Of a stretch of DNA of 13,659 nucleotides, positions 1 through 6,474 are shown piece by piece; position 1 is the first letter of the stretch, and every line of letters starts with the position of its first letter. Location of the stretch: assembly GCA_035285545.1 (NCBI GenBank), contig JAYKGY010000033.1, forward strand, positions 1-13,659, read 5' to 3'. This DNA is from Snowella sp. Its GTDB lineage: Bacteria; Cyanobacteriota; Cyanobacteriia; Cyanobacteriales; Microcystaceae. Below the pieces are notes generated by a model that saw nothing but the letters and a program-made list of their open reading frames with translations, made no database searches and had not been told where the DNA came from. The translations under genes and the position numbers were made by a program.

Positions 1-123
1 CAATCGTCTCAAACTGATTAAGCGTCAGGCTTATGGGTTTCTTAACTTTGAAAATATGCGTCGTCGCTTTTTAGCTTGCTTTTCATTATGAGTTTTACTT
101 ATCACTCTTTATTCAGAAGAACC
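1..123 (+). mobile_element. Right end of an ISL3-family insertion sequence (terminal inverted repeat ending at 123)
   Basis: The transposase C-terminus is followed 32 nt later by ...TTATTCAGAAGAACC (109-123). Its reverse complement GGTTCTTCTGAATAA starts with the GG(C/T)TCT terminus typical of ISL3. The adjacent 8 bp ATTAATTT (124-131) is AT-rich, as expected for an ISL3 target duplication. The left IR is not in the window. Confidence 0.8.
2..91 (+). CDS. ISL3-family transposase, C-terminal 29 residues only (5' part outside the window)
   Basis: Manual translation of frame +2 gives NRLKLIKRQAYGFLNFENMRRRFLACFSL* (TGA 89-91). This matches the characteristic ISL3 C-terminal motif N(N)K(I/L)KxIKRxAYG(F/Y)xNxxNxxxR. 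It is absent from the supplied ORF track. Confidence 0.9.
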   Translation, partial: NRLKLIKRQAYGFLNFENMRRRFLACFSL

Positions 124-1419
124 ATTAATTTGTTTAACCACAGGATTAACATAATTCCACCGACTATTCCCGTTATACTCCAACACCGCCGTATTGGATA
201 ATAAAATTTGCCCGACTTCATCTCGATTAATATCCTTCGAGCGACAAACTTTGGCTAAAATCGGATAATAATCCAACAATAATCGTCGTTCAAAATCAAA
301 TTGTTCTTGCTTAATCGCATAAGTAATATCCTCTAATTCCACCCGACTATGCCCCCGACTCCCCGCCGTCAAACACGCGATCGCTGTCATCCGCATCAAT
401 TGACGAATGTGGCCGCCACTAGCCTTAATCAGGGATTTTAAATCATCTAAATTAGCAAAAACTTGCTCTAAATCAATTCGTTTGCGGAGTAAAATAATTA
501 GTGCCTCAATCCCATTTTCATTGTAATCTAAATCTACCTTATCGGATTTCTCATAAATATTGACCATCGGCATAATATTGGGATTGCCAAAGCTATTATT
601 CAAGTTTTTAGCCGAATAAACCACCGCAATAGGAACGGTATAAATAATCGTAATTTGTAAAGATTTTAACTGGGCAGCATAGTCAAAAAAGAGATGATTG
701 CTAATAGTGGGATTCACCCGATCTAAATTATCACAAATTAATAAAAACCCCTTTTCTAGTTCAGGGCGTTTTGTTTTTAACTTATCAAAAGCATCTTTTA
801 ATAATAAATTAATATCCGTTTGTAAACGACTAAAATCTTTTTGTAATTTATTGCGAATAACTGTTTTATGCTTGCTACCTCCCTTTAACTGACTTTGAAA
901 TTTAAACAACAACTTCATTAAAAAAGGAATTTCTCCTCCCGCACTGCCACTCGCTTCCACATTAACCGTTGACTCAACTGATCGTTCATCCTCTTGAATA
1001 ATTTCCTTAAACCAATCCTCAAAACTTTTTAAGAGATCAGGACGAAACTTTAAGCCCAGTTTCTGTAATTCTGTGGCCACTTTTTGAATAACAATTAAAT
1101 AAATATCCGTATATTCAATGTCATTAATATCTAACTCATTCGTCGCTTCCAGGTAAATCACAAAATAATCCTGCTCTAAGCGTTGTTGTAATTTACGCAG
1201 TTCCGTTGACTTACCACAACCTTGATGACCCGTAAATAAAATCTTTTCAAACTCTCCAGGGTTACTAAATTCCAAAACCGTACCAATATTTTGTACTGCC
1301 TGGGTATTGCGTACTTGGTCTAATGGTTCATAATATTTATCCAAATTTTCGCCCGATAAGGGGCCAAGCTCACACACTCGGTAAGCTGCTTTTAAGGTCG
1401 TGGCGATCGCGCTATTCAT
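109..1419 (-). CDS. P-loop NTPase / AAA-type ATP-binding protein (cyanobacterial family), C-terminus altered by ISL3 insertion
   Basis: 436 aa ORF with Walker A FTGHQGCGKSTEL, Walker B-like LLICDNLDR, a helical insert between the motifs and a SGGHIR motif. The last residues GSSE* are encoded by the ISL3 inverted repeat (109-123). Confidence 0.8.
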   Translation of the reverse strand: MNSAIATTLKAAYRVCELGPLSGENLDKYYEPLDQVRNTQAVQNIGTVLEFSNPGEFEKILFTGHQGCGKSTELRKLQQRLEQDYFVIYLEATNELDINDIEYTDIYLIVIQKVATELQKLGLKFRPDLLKSFEDWFKEIIQEDERSVESTVNVEASGSAGGEIPFLMKLLFKFQSQLKGGSKHKTVIRNKLQKDFSRLQTDINLLLKDAFDKLKTKRPELEKGFLLICDNLDRVNPTISNHLFFDYAAQLKSLQITIIYTVPIAVVYSAKNLNNSFGNPNIMPMVNIYEKSDKVDLDYNENGIEALIILLRKRIDLEQVFANLDDLKSLIKASGGHIRQLMRMTAIACLTAGSRGHSRVELEDITYAIKQEQFDFERRLLLDYYPILAKVCRSKDINRDEVGQILLSNTAVLEYNGNSRWNYVNPVVKQINGSSE

Positions 1420-1610
1420 AACCGATGGACAGGATAAAGTTTCCTCATTTTACCGAAAAACCATCTCTGACTGCAATTGATAGCCAATACCATCAGCGAT
1501 TTGACTGGCAATCAACTGACTTAACCACCGTCCCGATCCGTCCAACCAATTAAATAACCGTTGCTCAAATTCCACCAAGCGCGGATTTTGCTCGGTTTAG
1601 TTTGAAAAAA

Positions 1611-3062
1611 TTAATCTTTAGCCGTTAATAAGTGATGATATTGTTCCTGATTAATTCGACCCGATTGATAAAGGGTTTCGGTAATTTCAGAAATGGTTAA
1701 TACGGAAAAAGCATTATAGCCCTTTGCCTTTAGCTTATCTTTAACGCCTTCTTCATGGTCAATAAAAACCACAATATCATTGACTTTTAAACCCGATGAT
1801 TCTAATTTTCCTGCCCCCTCAATCGCACTATTTCCCGAAATTAAAATATCGTCAACAACCACAACGGTTTCGCCTGATTCATAGTTTCCTTCAATTAATC
1901 GCCGAGTGCCATGCGCTTTCACTTCCTTGCGGGGATAAATCATGGGATAATTTAATAACAAAGCCAGTCCCGTTGCTGTGGGGAGGGAACCGTAGGGAAT
2001 GCCAGCAATGCGATCAAAAGTGAGAGTTTTTAAAATTTCGGCATAGGCATTAAGAACTTTATGGAACAATTGGGGATTAGAAATAATTTTACGTAAATCA
2101 ATGTAATAGGAAAAAGTGGCTCCTGATGCTTGAACGTAGTTACCAAATAATAAACAACCAATATCAAAAAGCTGTAAAATTAAATCTTGGTGAGGGTGAT
2201 TTGTAGATGGGGGGACGTTTGATGTCCACAGGGTACAACTTGAATCGATATCGGCTATTTGATTTCTAATAATTCTGATTTCTTGATTGAGGGTTTTAAG
2301 ATGTTCTGATAATTGGTTTTGAGTTAATAAATCCTGCGAGACTGGTATTAATAATCCTGTGCCCAATTTATTTAAACCTGTTTGTAAAATAGTCGTTAAA
2401 TCCGCATTATTTTCTGACCAAATACTTCTTAACAGTAACGTTGATTCGGGTGCGACTGACCGAATTTTTTTCAAGACTTCTATCTCCTGAATGCCGACTT
2501 CTAAATACAATTGTTCGGGCGGCCCCCAGGTTTGGACTTCTTTAACAACTTGTAAATAGAATGGATTTTCCGCAGTGGGATAATTTTGCAACGCGATCGC
2601 GCCAGGGTTGGAGGTATGGCAGAGCATAAAAACCCCCTTATCGGGATAGACCAAAAAGGGTGCGCTGTGATCTTGACCCGCAAAGGGACTTAGAGTTACG
2701 GCATCTACGTGCCAATCTTCAAAAATCGTTTTTGCAAAAACCGTGCTGGTGTTGAGATCACCGTGTTTTGCATCCAAAATAATGGGGATTTGAGGGGGGA
2801 TGGCTTGCAAAATTCGGGTTAATAACTCGAAACCCTGACTTCCTAACGCTTCATAAAATCCCAAGGTGGGCTTATAGGCACAGACTAAACCCTGACTTTC
2901 ACGAATAATAAACCGTAGCCAATTTTCTAACCGTTCAATTAAGGGCGCAGTTGGCTGATCCTGTTGCCACCTTGATACCATTTCCACACTCGGATCTAAG
3001 GCAATGACCAGTAAGCTTTCATTAACCGCGATCGCGTCATTTAGCTTCTCAAAAAAACTCAT
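1611..3062 (-). CDS. pyrFE: Bifunctional orotidine-5'-phosphate decarboxylase-like / orotate phosphoribosyltransferase (PyrF-PyrE fusion)
   Basis: The N-terminal ~268 aa carry PyrF subfamily-2 motifs (ALDP, AYKP, ILDAKHGD, TSNP). The C-terminal ~190 aa carry OPRT motifs (ASG..YYIDLR, GIPYGSLP, RKEVKAHG flexible loop, VVVVDDILISG PRPP-binding loop). Confidence 0.92.
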   Translation of the reverse strand: MSFFEKLNDAIAVNESLLVIALDPSVEMVSRWQQDQPTAPLIERLENWLRFIIRESQGLVCAYKPTLGFYEALGSQGFELLTRILQAIPPQIPIILDAKHGDLNTSTVFAKTIFEDWHVDAVTLSPFAGQDHSAPFLVYPDKGVFMLCHTSNPGAIALQNYPTAENPFYLQVVKEVQTWGPPEQLYLEVGIQEIEVLKKIRSVAPESTLLLRSIWSENNADLTTILQTGLNKLGTGLLIPVSQDLLTQNQLSEHLKTLNQEIRIIRNQIADIDSSCTLWTSNVPPSTNHPHQDLILQLFDIGCLLFGNYVQASGATFSYYIDLRKIISNPQLFHKVLNAYAEILKTLTFDRIAGIPYGSLPTATGLALLLNYPMIYPRKEVKAHGTRRLIEGNYESGETVVVVDDILISGNSAIEGAGKLESSGLKVNDIVVFIDHEEGVKDKLKAKGYNAFSVLTISEITETLYQSGRINQEQYHHLLTAKD

Positions 3063-3146
3063 TTGCTAAAAAGGTCAAGTAAATAAATCATTAAAAACTC
3101 TTTACTTTTAATTTAGCAATAATTTTCTCTAACTATGCCTAATTCT

Positions 3147-3164
3147 CCGAAATTTCGGTATGAT
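3147..3164 (+). promoter_or_regulatory. Perfect 12-bp palindrome abutting a putative -10 element upstream of the FecR-domain gene
   Basis: CCGAAATTTCGG (3147-3158) is immediately followed by TATGAT (3159-3164), 42 nt upstream of ATG 3207. Function is inferred only. Confidence 0.35.
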
Positions 3165-3206
3165 AACAAGAAAACTAGCTTACAAGAATACAAATGCGTT
3201 AGCTAT

Positions 3207-4343
3207 ATGAAACTTTCTACCTTAAGCTTTAGTACCGTATTGGGAATCTTAGGCGTAATTCCTATGGGGGTCAACTCCCTGCAAGCTCAGGAATGTGCCG
3301 TATCCCCTGATGGCAGCCGTTCGATCACCTGCGCCAAAATTTATAGTGCCACCCCAGGTCGCGTCCAGTTAAGCGGAGCCGTTGGTGAGCAGACCATAGA
3401 CACCCTCTCTCAAGATGAGGTGGTGAATACCTTTGCCGTCTCTGCTTTGTCTAACGATGCCAACCTGTATCCTAACAACGTCCTCGAAACCGTTACCTAT
3501 GCCAGAGCTAATTTGGAATTTAATGACGGTTCTCTGGTTTGGCTGAAACCTGATACACGAGTGACGCTTACGTCAAGCAATAACTGTCAAGTTGGCATTT
3601 TAAGTGATCAACCACCCGTTAATCCCAACAGGGTTGGGGTGCGACCAAACACGAATCAACGGCTTTGTCTGTTGTCTGGTTCCCTGTTAGTGATGACTCC
3701 CACCCAAAGTCGTTTCGATCGCGCTAACTTATCGGTTCTGACGGATGAAGCAACGATCTGGAAACCGGCTAGCATCTATTTGGTGACTCGAAATCCGAAG
3801 CAAAACCGCACTTCAATCTATGTTTTCAGCGGTAATCGAGGGGCAAGAGTCTCAAGCACGATGGACACCAATACGGTCTGTGGTATTTCGCCGAATCGAG
3901 CCTTAAGTAGTACCTCTTCTAGTCAGTCCACCTGTGGTTTTAGACTCAGAGCGGGAGAATATATGACCGTTACCCGTGATAATACCTCAACGCCTAAACC
4001 ATTTGATTTGCCGGCTTGGGTTGCGATGGATCCCTGGTTTGCTCCCATAATAGCCAATACCACCTTCAATGTGTTAAGGAGTGAATCTCTCACTGAAGTC
4101 GCGATCGCTGCCCAACCGTCAACAACGCTCAAAACGATTGAATATATTCAACCGAGTGTCATTAACTCTATTGCATCGCTTCAATCCGCAATATGCCCCA
4201 TTGAAATCGTCGAATTTGCTCCATTAGGCATCGCCCAACTACCAAATCCTCAATTTAACCCCATTATTCCACCCCGACCAGTGACCCCGCAGGTGACTCC
4301 CTTTACCCCACCACCAACGCGACCAGTGCGAGGGTTGTGGTAA
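3207..4343 (+). CDS. Secreted FecR-domain protein with Pro/Thr-rich C-terminal tail
   Basis: The start was moved from 3135 to ATG 3207 because MKLSTLSFSTVLGILGVIPMGVNSLQA|QE is a typical Sec signal peptide. ARANLEFNDGSLVWLKPDTRVTL...LCLLSGSLLV matches the FecR beta-domain pattern (A.L.F.DGS...L...T.....L..G.LL). The protein ends PPPTRPVRGLW. Confidence 0.7.
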   Translation: MKLSTLSFSTVLGILGVIPMGVNSLQAQECAVSPDGSRSITCAKIYSATPGRVQLSGAVGEQTIDTLSQDEVVNTFAVSALSNDANLYPNNVLETVTYARANLEFNDGSLVWLKPDTRVTLTSSNNCQVGILSDQPPVNPNRVGVRPNTNQRLCLLSGSLLVMTPTQSRFDRANLSVLTDEATIWKPASIYLVTRNPKQNRTSIYVFSGNRGARVSSTMDTNTVCGISPNRALSSTSSSQSTCGFRLRAGEYMTVTRDNTSTPKPFDLPAWVAMDPWFAPIIANTTFNVLRSESLTEVAIAAQPSTTLKTIEYIQPSVINSIASLQSAICPIEIVEFAPLGIAQLPNPQFNPIIPPRPVTPQVTPFTPPPTRPVRGLW

Positions 4344-4387
4344 TCCCGCTGGATCAAATCCCCCTCACCTGAAAGCTGTTAATCCAA

Positions 4388-4431
4388 GATGCGTAGGAAT
4401 CTCACGTCTTCGTTTTTTCTACGCATTTTTG
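4388..4431 (+). terminator. Probable intrinsic terminator after the FecR-domain gene
   Basis: GATGCGTAGGAA (4388-4399) pairs with TTTCTACGCATT (4416-4427) allowing G-U pairs, and runs into a T tract. Confidence 0.65.
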
Positions 4432-4498
4432 TAGTGGATATCCCGTTTTTGTCAACGATCTTAAGTTGTAAAGTTAACGCCAGAAATGCCTGTTGTCG

Positions 4499-4508
4499 TG
4501 GTATAACT
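4499..4508 (+). promoter_or_regulatory. Putative extended -10 promoter of desA (implies a ~165-nt 5'UTR)
   Basis: TG-G-TATAAC(T) at 4499-4508 lies between the upstream terminator and the desA start. GGAG is present at 4660-4663. Confidence 0.45.
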
Positions 4509-4678
4509 ATGAAGGCTTGTTAACTTTTTTTTCGGAAATCTGAAGAAATGACACAGAGATTCAACTCCAAACGCTCGAATCAATCTACTTAAGGATTCAA
4601 TGCGTTTAATCGAAAATTTTGATCAGAATTTATGTGTCCCAAACCTTTTGCCTTTTTATGGAGTTCGTATCGTAATTC

Positions 4679-5725
4679 ATGACCGCAACCACAGAACAGT
4701 TCACGAATGGGTTGATAACAACGGATATTGCCAACATTCAACTCAAAGATATTATTAAAAGCCTACCGGAAGAATGTTTTGAGAAAGACCGTCGTAAAGC
4801 GTGGTCTTTTGTCGCATTTAGTGTAGTAGCAGCGATTATTGGTTATCTTGGCATTATTTTCTTACCCTGGTATTGTCTTCCCCTAACCTGGATTTTTACG
4901 GGGACAGCTTTAACCGGGTGGTTTGTTATCGGCCATGATTGTGGACATCGTTCTTTTGCGAAACGTCGTTGGGTAAATGATCTGGTTGGTCATATTTTCA
5001 TGTTGCCCCTGATTTATCCCTTTCACTGCTGGCGTATTCTCCACGATCACCATCATCTCCATACCAATAAGGTAGAGGTCGATAACGCCTGGGATCCCTG
5101 GACGGTTGAGGCTTACGAAAAAGCCCATCCTATTGTTCAAACCTTTTACCGTGCGATTCGGGGTCGGTTTTGGTGGATTGGTTCCATTTTCCATTGGGGT
5201 CTGATGCACTTTAAATTGTCTAATTTTGCAGAACGCGATCGCGCCAAGGTCAAAATTTCCATTGCGGCAGTGATTATTTTTGCGGCTATTACTTTTCCCA
5301 CCTTGATCCTGACTACCGGAATTTGGGGGTTTGTCAAGTTTTGGTTAATGCCCTGGATGGTTTATCACTTCTGGATGAGTACCTTTACCATTGTTCATCA
5401 CACCGTTCCTGAAATTCAGTTCAAACCGGCGGATCAATGGCAGGCTGGAGAAGCCCAATTAACGGGCACCGTCCATTGTGATTATCCCCGTTGGGTTGAA
5501 GTTCTCTGCCATGATATTAACGTTCATGTTCCCCATCACGTATCCGTAGCCATTCCTTCCTATAACCTACGAAAAGCCTATGCTAGTCTCAAAAAAAGTT
5601 ATGGCCCCCATCTTCAAGAGCGCACGTTTTCTTGGCAATTAATGAAAGAGATCGGCGATCGCTGCCATCTTTACCATCCCGAACTCGCCTATCAAACGTT
5701 TCAGTCACTCAGCACCAAAAAGTAG
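4679..5725 (+). CDS. desA: Delta-12 acyl-lipid (omega-6) fatty acid desaturase
   Basis: 348 aa with three His boxes (HDCGH, HDHHH, HVPHH) and hydrophobic segments. The motifs [21 protein letters not shown] and [22 protein letters not shown] are characteristic of cyanobacterial DesA. Confidence 0.95.
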   Translation: MTATTEQFTNGLITTDIANIQLKDIIKSLPEECFEKDRRKAWSFVAFSVVAAIIGYLGIIFLPWYCLPLTWIFTGTALTGWFVIGHDCGHRSFAKRRWVNDLVGHIFMLPLIYPFHCWRILHDHHHLHTNKVEVDNAWDPWTVEAYEKAHPIVQTFYRAIRGRFWWIGSIFHWGLMHFKLSNFAERDRAKVKISIAAVIIFAAITFPTLILTTGIWGFVKFWLMPWMVYHFWMSTFTIVHHTVPEIQFKPADQWQAGEAQLTGTVHCDYPRWVEVLCHDINVHVPHHVSVAIPSYNLRKAYASLKKSYGPHLQERTFSWQLMKEIGDRCHLYHPELAYQTFQSLSTKK

Positions 5726-5778
5726 AAAGTAGCGGTTATTCAATAAATTAAAAAGCTATCATTAGCGATCAGGCTAAA

Positions 5779-5835
5779 AGCTGAAGAGATTGGATACATG
5801 GGGTTAACCCGTCCCAATTGATTCAGCTATTTTCT
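5779..5835 (+). terminator. Long stem-loop after desA (terminator or 3' stability element)
   Basis: AGCTGAA (5779-5785) and TTCAGCT (5822-5828) enclose the inner pairings ATTGG/CCAAT and GGG-TTAA-CCC. The structure is followed by ATTTTCTT. Confidence 0.55.
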
Positions 5836-5888
5836 TGGTTTGGTTATGGTAAGATGTTATATGATAAAAAGTGTCCGAGATATTAAAA

Positions 5889-5977
5889 AACGGTGATAAA
5901 GTTTGTTTTTCAAGTATTGGCAGGCTTCGACCCGACATCTAATGTTCTCTGCACATCAACCTTTTAATTAAGAGAGA
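5889..5977 (+). promoter_or_regulatory. rbp-type 5'UTR with Box III-, Box II- and Box I/RBS-like elements
   Basis: aaCGGTGA (5889-5896), TTTGTTTTTCAAGT (5902-5915) and TTCTCT (5945-5950, complementary to the RBS region AGAGAGA at 5971-5977). The order matches the boxes described for cold-regulated Anabaena rbp genes. A TATGAT -10 candidate lies at 5860-5865. Confidence 0.55.
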
Positions 5978-5979
5978 TC

Positions 5980-6273
5980 ATGTCAATTTTTGTGGGCAAC
6001 CTGCCCTTTGAAGTAAATGACCAAGACCTATCCGAAGTTTTCGCTGAATACGGAAAGGTCACTAGGGTTTATTTTCCCTTAGACCGAGAAACCAAGAAAA
6101 AAAGAGGTTTTGCCTTTGTGGAAATGGAAACCCCTGAGCAAGAAACAACTGCTATCGAAACCCTGGATGGGGCTGAGTGGATGGGCAGAGCATTAAAAGT
6201 CAATAAAGCCAGAGAGCGAGAAGAGGGTGGTTCAGGGAATTATGGAGGAGGACAACGCAAAGGTCGCTACTAA
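5980..6273 (+). CDS. rbp: RRM RNA-binding protein with Gly-rich C-terminus (RbpA/Rbp1-type)
   Basis: 97 aa with RNP2 IFVGNL, RNP1 RGFAFVEM, the LDGAEWMGRALKVNKA motif and a GGSGNYGGG tail. The exact paralogue cannot be assigned. Confidence 0.95.
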   Translation: MSIFVGNLPFEVNDQDLSEVFAEYGKVTRVYFPLDRETKKKRGFAFVEMETPEQETTAIETLDGAEWMGRALKVNKAREREEGGSGNYGGGQRKGRY

Positions 6274-6305
6274 TCGGTAAAATTTTAAAATCCATTTATA
6301 CCAAT

Positions 6306-6342
6306 AAGCTTCGAGAAAAAAGACAACATTCTCGAAGTTTTT
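6306..6342 (+). terminator. Intrinsic terminator after rbp
   Basis: AAGCTTCGAGAA (6306-6317) pairs with TTCTCGAAGTTT (6329-6340), forming a 12-bp stem with one G-U pair that runs into TTTTT. Confidence 0.75.
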
Positions 6343-6474
6343 CTATGGCAACTTGCCCAGGGAAAATGAGCAGACTGGCAATCAGGATAACAATTAAGAT
6401 ATAGGGAATCGCTGTATTCTAGAGATTGAGAATACCAAGACAGTATTTTTATTATCCAAGCAGAGAAATACACT

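Noticed and set aside
698..892. 64-aa + strand ORF
   Set aside because: Antisense shadow wholly inside the ATPase gene, TTG start, no recognisable motif.
1796..2683. ORFs 1796-2023 (+) and 2501-2683 (-)
   Set aside because: Both lie inside pyrFE (antisense or alternative frame) and have no protein-like features.
3135..3206. N-terminal 24 codons of the 402-aa ORF as called in the track
   Set aside because: The region contains a -10-like element and a palindrome, and ATG 3207 gives a clean signal peptide.
4447..4479. Possible RpaB HLR1 or NtcA site upstream of desA
   Set aside because: TTTACA-like half-sites exist on the minus strand, but the spacing and second half-site do not fit (G/T)TTACA(T/A)(T/A)-N2 repeats, and there is no GTA-N8-TAC.
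3923..5337. Minus-strand ORFs 3923-4132, 4910-5209 and 5146-5337
   Set aside because: Antisense shadows of the FecR-domain gene and desA.
6285..6473. 62-aa minus-strand ORF between rbp and mlaD
   Set aside because: It spans a terminator and promoter region, has a GTG start abutting the mlaD start, and shows no motif. Probably spurious.
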